Below the pieces are notes generated by a model. The model made no database searches and was not told where the DNA came from. It saw only the letters and a list, made by a program, of their open reading frames with translations. Shown here piece after piece: positions 49,758 to 57,403 of a stretch of DNA of 64,000 nucleotides; positions within the stretch are counted from its first letter, which is position 1; every line of letters starts with the position of its first letter. The translations under genes were made by a program, and so were the position numbers. This DNA comes from Anaerolineae bacterium (GTDB taxonomy: Bacteria; Chloroflexota; Anaerolineae; S140-20), in NCBI GenBank assembly GCA_027021705.1, contig JALUTT010000176.1, positions 13,247 through 77,246 of the forward strand, in the 5' to 3' direction.

Positions 49758-51360
49758 GGGCCTGGATCCGAAAGCTCTGCGTCGGCTCCAGCCCTGCCCG
49801 GCTCATCGCGGCCTCGTCGGCCATCACCTCCCACGGATCGCCGTTGGCGACGACCTCCCCGCCGGCCAGCACGACCCAGCGGTCGGCGCACCGCTCCGCG
49901 AACTCCAGATCGTGGGTCACCAGCACCACCGTCTGACCACGGGCCCGCAGTGCCGCCAGCAACTCCCCCAACGCCCGGCGGAAGGGCCAGTCCTGCCCCG
50001 TCGTCGGCTCGTCCAGGACCAGCACCTCGGGCCGGGCGGCCAGGGCCGAGGCGAAGGCGACCCGCTTCTTCTCCCCCTCGCTCAGCCGGTAGGGGGATCG
50101 CTCCAGCAGCGGCTCCAGGTGGAAGAGGGCCACCAGCTCCCGCAGCCACCCCTCGTCGTAGCGCCCCAGCGCCCGCGCCCCCACCTCGATCTCCTCCCGC
50201 ACCCGGAAGCGGAAGAACTGGTCGTTGGGGTTCTGGAAGGCCATCCCCACGTGGCGGGCCAGTTGGGAGACCTTCGCCCGGCGCGTCTCCCGGCCCAGCA
50301 CCACCACCCGCCCCCGCCGGGGCCGGTAGAGGCCGTTGAACTGCTTGATCAGCGTCGTCTTGCCGGAGCCGTTGGCCCCCACCAGCGCCAGGCACTCGCC
50401 CGCCCGGAGGGTCAGGTCCACGCCCCGCAGGACCGGCGTCTTCCCGAAGGCGAAGGTGACCCCTTCGACCTGAAGCACGGGGACTCCGCCGGCCGGGCCG
50501 GGGGCGGACCGTGAGGGCAGGACCTCCGGCGGCAGGGCTCGCCCGTCGAGGGCCGGAGCCAGCTCCTCCACCGTGAGGGGAACCTCCGGCAGCCCCAGGG
50601 CCTGGGCCACCCGGACGACGGGGGGCAGGTTGAGCCCGAAGGGGGCCAGCTCCTCGGCCAGCACGCGCCTGGGCGGGCCGTCCAGCACGATCCGCCCTTG
50701 GTGGAGCACCACCATTCGGTCGGCGTCGGCGACGACGCGCTGGAGCCGGTGTTCGGTGACGACGATGGCCGTACCCCGCCGGTGCACCTCCCGCAGGGCG
50801 GCCCGCACCCGGCGGACGTTGGCCGGGTCCAGGCTGGCGTAGGGCTCGTCCAGGACGATGAGGGCGGGGCGGAGGGCCAGGGCGGCGGCGATGGCCACCA
50901 GTTGCTGCTCCCCGCCGGAGAGTTCGTGGGGGTTGCGGTCCAGCAGGTGGGCGATGCCCACGGTGGCGGCGCTCTCCTCGACCCGTCGGACGATCTCGGC
51001 GGGGGGCAGCCCCAGGCTCTCCAGCCCGAAGGCCAGCTCGCGGGCGACGGTGCTGTTGAAGAGCTGGGCCTCGGGGTTCTGGAAGACCATCCCCACGTGG
51101 GCGAAGAGCTCGCTGACCGGGTGCTCGCGCGTCTCCAGGCCGGCCACCCGGACCCGCCCCTCCAGCCGCCCGCCGTGGAAGTGGGGGATCAGGCCGTTGA
51201 AGGTCCGGCAGAGGGTAGACTTGCCGGAGCCGCTGGCCCCGCAGACCAGCAGGTACTCCCCCGGCTCAACCCGCAGGTTGATCTCCTCCAGCACCCAGCG
51301 GGGGCCGGCGGCGGTGTAGCGGTAGCGCAGGTTCTGAAGGTGGGCTACGGGTTGGGACAT
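49735..51360 (-). CDS. ECF transporter fused double ATPase (A-A')
   Basis: Two ABC domains GASGSGKST and GANGSGKTT, VFQNPEAQLF, LSEGEKKR. Confidence 0.9.
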   Translation of the reverse strand: MSQPVAHLQNLRYRYTAAGPRWVLEEINLRVEPGEYLLVCGASGSGKSTLCRTFNGLIPHFHGGRLEGRVRVAGLETREHPVSELFAHVGMVFQNPEAQLFNSTVARELAFGLESLGLPPAEIVRRVEESAATVGIAHLLDRNPHELSGGEQQLVAIAAALALRPALIVLDEPYASLDPANVRRVRAALREVHRRGTAIVVTEHRLQRVVADADRMVVLHQGRIVLDGPPRRVLAEELAPFGLNLPPVVRVAQALGLPEVPLTVEELAPALDGRALPPEVLPSRSAPGPAGGVPVLQVEGVTFAFGKTPVLRGVDLTLRAGECLALVGANGSGKTTLIKQFNGLYRPRRGRVVVLGRETRRAKVSQLARHVGMAFQNPNDQFFRFRVREEIEVGARALGRYDEGWLRELVALFHLEPLLERSPYRLSEGEKKRVAFASALAARPEVLVLDEPTTGQDWPFRRALGELLAALRARGQTVVLVTHDLEFAERCADRWVVLAGGEVVANGDPWEVMADEAAMSRAGLEPTQSFRIQALTLPAGG

Positions 51361-51636
51361 CCTGGTTACCCCCTTGTTTCTGTTCGGCGGCGCGTCCGAC
51401 AACGGCTCTCCCTCCCGGCTCCCGCCGGTGGGGGGCCAACCGTGCCGGCCTCTCCCCCTGCCCGGCCCGTCGCGCCGGTGCGGTTGCCCCTCAGGTATAA
51501 CACAACCCGGCCCAACAGGCAACCCCGCCGATCGGCACCGTCGTGGACGGGCGGTGCCGGGTCTGACCACCAAGCACACGACGAGCACGAAGGGCTCACG
51601 GGAGGGAGGGCCGGCGAGGGAGACCCTGGGGGAGAC

Positions 51637-52040
51637 CCCTCCCGCAGGCCCAACGTGGGCCGAGCTGCTTCCCGGCGGGGGGCCTGCGGGAGGGAAGGCC
51701 GGCGGGGGAGGACCCTCCCGCAGGTCCAACGTGGGCCGAGTTGCCCCCCAGAGGGGTGGCCGGGCGAGGGAGGCATAGCCCCCGACGGGGGGCCTGCGGG
51801 AGGGTGGGCCGGCGGGGAGGGTGGACTGGCGGGGGAGACCCCTCCCGCAGGCCCAACGTGGGCCGAGCTGCCTCCCGGAGGGAGGGCCGGGCGAAGGAGG
51901 CATAGCCCCCGGCGGGGGGCCTGCGGGAGGGTGGGCCGGCGGGGAGGACCCTCCCGCAGGCCCAACGTGGGCCGAGCCGCCTCCCGGAGGGGTGGCCGGG
52001 CGAGGGAGGCATAGCCCCCGACGGGGGGCCTGCGGGAGGG
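51637..52040. repeat. Tandem array of four hairpin units bounded by CCCTCCCGCAGG/CCTGCGGGAGGG
   Basis: Units at 51637-51694, 51713-51804, 51840-51931, 51949-52040 share CCAACGTGGGCCGAG; three share AGGCATAGCCCCCG. Confidence 0.92.
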
Positions 52041-52042
52041 GA

Positions 52043-52549
52043 TCACGAAGACTCGCCCGTGAGCTCGGCGTAGCCGGCCTGCTCCAGCAGCTTCAGGGCG
52101 GCCAGGCCGATGAGGGTCCCCAGGATGGTGCTGCCCAGGAAGGAGGCGATGAGGGCGGTCATCGCCATCGTCTTGTGCATGAAGACGGGGGCCACGAACC
52201 AGCCGCTGACCAGGGCGGCGATGATGCCGGTGCCGATCACCTCGCCCAGGCCGGCCAGGTAGATGTTGCGGCTATAGCGGTAGGCGTAGCCGGCCAGAAA
52301 GGCTCCGATCATCCCGCCGGGGAAGGCGAGCAGCGTACCCACCCCCATCGCGTTGCGGATGATGCCGATGATGGCGGCGTTGGCCACCGCCCACCAGGGC
52401 CCTAGCAGCACCGCGCCCAGGACGTTCACGAAGTGCTGGGTGGGGTTGACCTTGGCGATCCCGATGGGAAACGACGTGTAGGGAGCCAGAGCCACGCCGA
52501 TGGCCACGAGGATGACCGCTTGAGCCACCTTACGGGTTTGACTTTGCAT
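52043..52549 (-). CDS. thiW: ECF S-component ThiW (thiazole)
   Basis: PTQHFVNVLGAVLLGP, GTLLAFPGGMIG, LGEVIGTGII. Confidence 0.9.
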   Translation of the reverse strand: MQSQTRKVAQAVILVAIGVALAPYTSFPIGIAKVNPTQHFVNVLGAVLLGPWWAVANAAIIGIIRNAMGVGTLLAFPGGMIGAFLAGYAYRYSRNIYLAGLGEVIGTGIIAALVSGWFVAPVFMHKTMAMTALIASFLGSTILGTLIGLAALKLLEQAGYAELTGESS

Positions 52550-52559
52550 CGCACACCTC

Positions 52560-53567
52560 CTAAAAGTGCTCCCATCCCCTCGCCTCCAGGGGCCTCTTCC
52601 GCCCATCCTCCAACACCAGCCACCGCCCCTCCTCCGCCGGCAGTACCTCCCCCACGACCGCCACGGGCGTTCCCGTCTCACGCCGGACGGTGGCGGCCAG
52701 CCGGGCAGCGGCCTCCGGCGGGGCGGTGAAGCAGAGCTCGTAGTCCTCTCCCCCCTCTAGGGCCAACCGCCACGGCGCTCTGCCCAGCAGCTCGGCCACT
52801 CGCCGGGTCGCCGGCGCGATGGGCAGCCGGTCCGCCCAGAGCCGCACCCCCACCCGGCTCTGCTCGCAGATGTGGCCGACATCGCTGCTCAGGCCGTCGC
52901 TCACGTCAATCATCGCCGTCGCCGCCCCCGACCGAGCGATGATGGCCGCCTCGGGAAGCCGGGGCGTGGGCGTGAGGTGGCGGGCCAGCAGCGCCTCCCG
53001 GTCCGAAGAGGCCACGGCGAGGTCGGGGTCCAGCAGGAGGTGCAGGCCGGCCGCCGAGCCTCCCAGATGGCCGGTGACCAGCACCCGGTCGCCGGGACGG
53101 GCCCCTGAGCGGAGCAGGAGGTGCCGACGGTGCACCCGGCCCAGCACGCAGACGTCCACGAAGGCCCCCCCCGGCGAACGGGCTATGTTCCCCCCCACGA
53201 CGACCACGCCGAAGCGCTCCCCCTCTTCGCACAGCCCCCGGTAGAGGGCTTCCACCCAGGCCACCTCGGTGTCGGCCGGCAGGGCCAGGGAGACGAGGGC
53301 ATACTCGGCCCGCCCCCCCATCGCGGCGATGTCGCTCAGGTTGATGGCCAGCGCCCGCCGGCCCAACTGGTAGGGGGTGATCCGGTCCGGCAGGAAGTGG
53401 ACCCCCTCCACCTGGCTGTCCACCGTCGCCAGGAGCAGTTCGTCGCCCCGGTCCTCCAGCACCGCCACATCGTCGCCGATGCCCACCACCACGTCGGGCC
53501 GTTGGAGCCCGACGATCCGCCCTACCCGGTCAATGAGGGGGAACTCCCCCAGGTCCGAGATGCGCAT
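52560..53567 (-). CDS. thiL: Thiamine-monophosphate kinase
   Basis: GEFPLI, GIGDDVA, NLSDIAAMG, IDVSDGL, GGEDYEL. Confidence 0.96.
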   Translation of the reverse strand: MRISDLGEFPLIDRVGRIVGLQRPDVVVGIGDDVAVLEDRGDELLLATVDSQVEGVHFLPDRITPYQLGRRALAINLSDIAAMGGRAEYALVSLALPADTEVAWVEALYRGLCEEGERFGVVVVGGNIARSPGGAFVDVCVLGRVHRRHLLLRSGARPGDRVLVTGHLGGSAAGLHLLLDPDLAVASSDREALLARHLTPTPRLPEAAIIARSGAATAMIDVSDGLSSDVGHICEQSRVGVRLWADRLPIAPATRRVAELLGRAPWRLALEGGEDYELCFTAPPEAAARLAATVRRETGTPVAVVGEVLPAEEGRWLVLEDGRKRPLEARGWEHF

Positions 53568-53577
53568 CAGAGTTCAC

Positions 53578-54396
53578 CTAGCCTTTCTGCGCCAGCTCCA
53601 CCACCCGAGCGCCTTGGGCCAACCGCTCCGGCGTCAGGTGGTAGAGGGCGTCGAAGAGGGCGACCTTGAAGCTGGCCGGCCCCCGGGCCTCCTGAGCGGC
53701 TTGCTCCGCTGCCAGGCCAAAGCAGGCCATCCCCCCGGCCGCGGCGATCAGGGGATCGGGCTCGACGGCGGCGAAGGCGGCGATCACCGTCGTCGCCATG
53801 CAACCGGTGCCGGTGAGGGTGGTCAGCCAGCGGTGGCCGTTGTCCACCCCCAGGACCCGCTCGCCGTCGGCCAGGACGTCCCGCCGGCCGGAGATGACCA
53901 CGACGGTGCGCCACCGGCGGGCCATCGCCTGGGCCACGGCGACGGGGTCCTGCACCCCCTCGACGCTCTCGACGCCCCGGACGAGGCCGCCGGCCCCGCC
54001 CAACGCGCCGATCTCCCCGGCGTTCCCCCGCACCACGGCGATCTTGAGCTCCCGCAGCAGGCGCAGGCCCGTCTCGGTGCGCAACCGGGTGGCCCCGGCC
54101 CCCACCGGGTCCAGCACGATGGGGATGCCCCGGGCGTTGGCGGCGTGACCGGCCAGGCGCATCGAGTCCACCCAGGCCGGCGTCAGGGTACCGATGTTCA
54201 GGACCAGGGCATCGGCCATCCCCGTCATCTCCGCCACCTCCTCCGGCGCGTGGGCCATCACCGGCAGCGCCCCCACGTGCAGCGTCACGTTGGCCGTGTC
54301 GTTCATCACCACCAGGTTGGTGATCTGGTGGATCAGAGGTCTCCGCTCGCGGATGCGAGCGAAAGCGTTGGCGATTTGGGAGTTGATGTCGGGCAT
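53578..54396 (-). CDS. thiM: Hydroxyethylthiazole kinase
   Basis: PLIHQITNLV, LNIGTL, LDPVGAG, GNAGEI, TGTGC. Confidence 0.96.
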   Translation of the reverse strand: MPDINSQIANAFARIRERRPLIHQITNLVVMNDTANVTLHVGALPVMAHAPEEVAEMTGMADALVLNIGTLTPAWVDSMRLAGHAANARGIPIVLDPVGAGATRLRTETGLRLLRELKIAVVRGNAGEIGALGGAGGLVRGVESVEGVQDPVAVAQAMARRWRTVVVISGRRDVLADGERVLGVDNGHRWLTTLTGTGCMATTVIAAFAAVEPDPLIAAAGGMACFGLAAEQAAQEARGPASFKVALFDALYHLTPERLAQGARVVELAQKG

Positions 54397-54425
54397 AGGA
54401 CGTGTTGCGTGCTGTGTGTTTCGTG

Positions 54426-55070
54426 CTACGGGTTGCGGGTCGCGCGTTCGACGGCCTCCCGCAGGCGTCGGGCGGCGGCCTCGGGGTCGGGAGCGCCGAC
54501 GACGGCGGAGATGACGGCCACGCCGGAGGCCCCGGCCCGGATCGCCGCCACCGCGTTGTCCGGCCTGATGCCGCCGATGGCGACCACAGGAATGGAGACG
54601 GCCCGCGTGATCTCGGCCAGCCCCTCGACGCCGATGGGCTCGCCGGCGTCGGGCTTGCTGGGTGTGCCGTAGACATCGCCCACGCCCAGGTAGTCGGCCC
54701 CGTCTTGCTGGGCTTGGATCGCCTCCTCCACCGTGCCCGCCGACACGCCCAGGATGCGGTCGGGGCCGATGAGGCGGCGAGCCAGGGCGGCCGGCATGTC
54801 GTCCTGCCCCACGTGGACCCCCTCGGCCCCGATGGCCAGGGCCACGTCCACCCGGTCGTTGACGATGAGGGGGACGCCAGCCTCCTGGGTGATGCGGTGC
54901 AGCGCCCGGCCCAGCTCGATCATCTGGCGGGTGGTGGCCTCCTTCTCCCGAAGCTGCACCACCGTGGCCCCACCCCGCAGGGCCGCCCGCACCACCTCCA
55001 GGATGGACCGGTCACCGGCCACCCGCCGATCCGTGATCACGTAGACCGACCAGTCCACCGCCTGCTTCAT
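54426..55070 (-). CDS. thiE: Thiamine-phosphate synthase
   Basis: VQLREK, NDRVDVA, HVGQDD, TPSK, VAIGGI. Confidence 0.96.
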   Translation of the reverse strand: MKQAVDWSVYVITDRRVAGDRSILEVVRAALRGGATVVQLREKEATTRQMIELGRALHRITQEAGVPLIVNDRVDVALAIGAEGVHVGQDDMPAALARRLIGPDRILGVSAGTVEEAIQAQQDGADYLGVGDVYGTPSKPDAGEPIGVEGLAEITRAVSIPVVAIGGIRPDNAVAAIRAGASGVAVISAVVGAPDPEAAARRLREAVERATRNP

Positions 55071-55082
55071 CGTCGGCACTCC

Positions 55083-56447
55083 TCACCCTCGCTGGACCGC
55101 CGCCTCCCAGACGGGCAGCCCCACCCGCACCAGGGCCAGGTAGAGCAGGAAGGCGACGGCAAAGCTGGGGATGGACGCCCCCAGCCAGGGCAGGTAGCGG
55201 GTGATCAGGTGGTAGGCCGCGATGCCGCCCACCCAGGCCAGCACCGCCACCCAATGGACCCCGCCCCGGTACCAGTAGGCCCCGCCGGGGCGGTAGAGCT
55301 CGTCCACCACCAGGTGGCGCCGGCGCAGCACGAAGTAGTCGGCGGCCAGGATGCCGAAGAGGGGGACGAAGACGGAGCCGATGAGCAGCAGGAAGTCGAA
55401 GTACTGGCTCATGGTCAGGAAGGCGGCCATCAGCAGGCCGACGACGCCGATGACCACCACCAGCAGCCGTTGGCTGAGCCGGGGGAAGATGTTCTGCAGG
55501 GTCACCGCCGCCGAGTAGATGTCGGCGAAGGCGTTGTCCGTCTCATCCACCAGGATGACCAGCAGGGCCACCACGCCCCCCGTCAGGGCCATGATGGCCG
55601 TCGCCAGGTTCTCGGGCGTCGGCTCCGCCATCTCCAGGGTCAGGATGAAGAGGGCGCCCAGACCGTAGAACCAGACGTTGGCCAGCAGGTAGCCCAGGTA
55701 GGTGCCCCAGAAGGCCGACTTGGAATGGCGGGCGAAGCGGTTGTAGTCGGCCACCAGGGGCATCCAGGAGATGGGCATGGCGACCACCAGGTCCACGGCC
55801 AGCCAGAAGGGGAAGTCGCCGGTGCCGGGGCGGGCGAGCAGGGCGGGGATGTCATAGTGGGTGAAGAGGTAGAGGGTCATCCAGGCGGTGACACCGTAGA
55901 CGAGCCAGACGCCGAACTTCTCCAGCCACTGGCGGACGACGACCAGGGGGCCGCCGAGGGCCAGCAGGATGCACCAGAGGGTGAAGAGGACCAGCCAGAA
56001 GCCGTAGCCGGAGAAGCCGAAGAGGGCCTGGCTCACCCGGTTGGCGGCCAGGGCGATGACCCAGAGCTCGAAGGCGGTCCAGCCGATGAGCTGGGCCAGG
56101 TTGAGCAGGCTGGGCAGGTAGGAGCCGCGCTGGCCCAGGACGGGGCGCAGGAGGACCATCGTGGGGACGGCGTGGTCGCTGCCGGCGACGCCGGCCAGGG
56201 CCAGCAGCAGGTTGCCCACCAGCGTGCCGATGAGGATGGCCAGCAGCGCCTGGCCCAGGCTCAGGCCGGGCACCAGCAGGGCGCCGGCCTCCAGCACCAG
56301 CAGCCCCACGCCCAGGCTGGACCAGAGGACGAAGAGGTCGAGGAAGCGCAGCCCGCGATGCTCCGAGGGCACCGGCTCAATCCCCCACTCCGGTGGAGCC
56401 TGCACCTGGGGGAGAAGGGCACGAAGGCCGGTTCGCTGCTTCGTCAT
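55083..56447 (-). CDS. cytX: NCS1-family hydroxymethylpyrimidine permease (CytX-like)
   Basis: MPISWMPLVADYNRFA, 12-TM profile, first gene after the TPP riboswitch. Confidence 0.8.
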   Translation of the reverse strand: MTKQRTGLRALLPQVQAPPEWGIEPVPSEHRGLRFLDLFVLWSSLGVGLLVLEAGALLVPGLSLGQALLAILIGTLVGNLLLALAGVAGSDHAVPTMVLLRPVLGQRGSYLPSLLNLAQLIGWTAFELWVIALAANRVSQALFGFSGYGFWLVLFTLWCILLALGGPLVVVRQWLEKFGVWLVYGVTAWMTLYLFTHYDIPALLARPGTGDFPFWLAVDLVVAMPISWMPLVADYNRFARHSKSAFWGTYLGYLLANVWFYGLGALFILTLEMAEPTPENLATAIMALTGGVVALLVILVDETDNAFADIYSAAVTLQNIFPRLSQRLLVVVIGVVGLLMAAFLTMSQYFDFLLLIGSVFVPLFGILAADYFVLRRRHLVVDELYRPGGAYWYRGGVHWVAVLAWVGGIAAYHLITRYLPWLGASIPSFAVAFLLYLALVRVGLPVWEAAVQRG

Positions 56448-56546
56448 AAGCACCTCCTTGAACATCTCCTGACGTGCTAGGTATGGCGTACAACGTGCAG
56501 TTTTTTGGGGGGAATGGGCGTGGGGAAGGCGGGGCAGGCGGAAGAC

Positions 56547-56574
56547 AAAAAAACGCCTCCGATGCAGGGAGGCG
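56547..56574 (-). terminator. Intrinsic terminator of the TPP riboswitch expression platform
   Basis: Minus strand CGCCTCC-loop-GGAGGCG-TTTTTTT. Confidence 0.85.
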
Positions 56575-56624
56575 GTTGCTGTCGAGAGGCCGTATCCGGC
56601 CCACACCGATACGCGCTCTGTCCA

Positions 56625-56736
56625 TCGTCTCCCTACGCCGGCATTACCCGGATCAGGTTCGTTGGGTCGGCACCGGTGGCTGCGCCGCAGCCCGGGTGCC
56701 CTCTCAGCCTGGCTCCCCCAAGCTCCCCAGCGACGG
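56625..56736 (-). ncRNA. TPP riboswitch
   Basis: Minus strand GGGGAGC...GCTGAGAG...GACCC..GAACCTGATCCGGGTAATGCCGGCGTAGGGA. Confidence 0.97.
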
Positions 56737-56760
56737 GTTTTTAAGGAACGGCTTGGAAAA

Positions 56761-56789
56761 ATTATAGCACCAACCGTTGGGTTCGTCAA
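56761..56789 (-). promoter_or_regulatory. Promoter of the thi operon
   Basis: Minus strand TTGACG-17 bp-TATAAT with extended TG. Confidence 0.75.
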
Positions 56790-56807
56790 ACAGCTCGCGG
56801 TTAGGGC

Positions 56808-56861
56808 TTGACAAAACTGCCCCTCTAGTTTATAATCATTCCAAGTTTAGAGCAGTTCTAA
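56808..56861 (+). promoter_or_regulatory. Promoter with two Per-box-like operators
   Basis: TTGACA-17 bp-TATAAT; TTATAATCATTCCAA (56830-56844) and TTAGAGCAGTTCTAA (56847-56861). Confidence 0.75.
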
Positions 56862-56879
56862 GAAAGGCGGTGATCGGAG

Positions 56880-57395
56880 ATGGATCGAACGGAGCAGCTT
56901 GTCCAGGCTTTGCGTGAGGCCGGCCTGCGCCTCACCCCGCAGCGGCTGGCCATCGTCCGCCTGCTGGCGACGACGGACCAGCACCCCACGGCGCAGATGA
57001 TCTACGAGCAACTGCGCCCCGACTACCCTTCCCTCAGCCTGGCGACGGTCTACAACACCCTGGAGACGCTGGTGGACCTGGGCGTGGTCAACGTCCTGGG
57101 CAGCGCCGGCGACGACGCGGTCCACTACGACGCCGACACCGACCCCCACGTCAACCTGGCCTGCATCTCCTGCCACCGGGTGATTGACCTGCCCAGCCAG
57201 TACGTCCACGCCCTGGAGCAGGAGGTGGCCACCACCTCGGGATACCGCCTGCTGGGGGCACGGGTCGTCTACTACGGCCTCTGCCCCGACTGCCAGCGGG
57301 AAGCGGCCCGTCAGCCGGCGGGCGGACGCCGACATCGCCGACGACGCCGACGAAGAGACGAGCATCACCAAACCCAATCTGGATCAGAGGAGTGA
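56880..57395 (+). CDS. perR: Fur-family regulator, PerR-like
   Basis: GLRLTPQR, HPTA, SLATVYNTL, two CxxC motifs (CISC, CPDC). Confidence 0.82.
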   Translation: MDRTEQLVQALREAGLRLTPQRLAIVRLLATTDQHPTAQMIYEQLRPDYPSLSLATVYNTLETLVDLGVVNVLGSAGDDAVHYDADTDPHVNLACISCHRVIDLPSQYVHALEQEVATTSGYRLLGARVVYYGLCPDCQREAARQPAGGRRHRRRRRRRDEHHQTQSGSEE

Positions 57396-57403
57396 GTTGA
57401 CCG

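Noticed and set aside
51361..51903. Pro-rich N-terminal extension of the ECF ATPase
   Set aside because: Translation of the GC-rich repeat array and intergenic DNA; the plausible start is ATG 51360
51637..52040. Possible CRISPR array
   Set aside because: The intervening sequences are near-identical rather than unique spacers, units are inverted-repeat hairpins, and no cas genes are nearby
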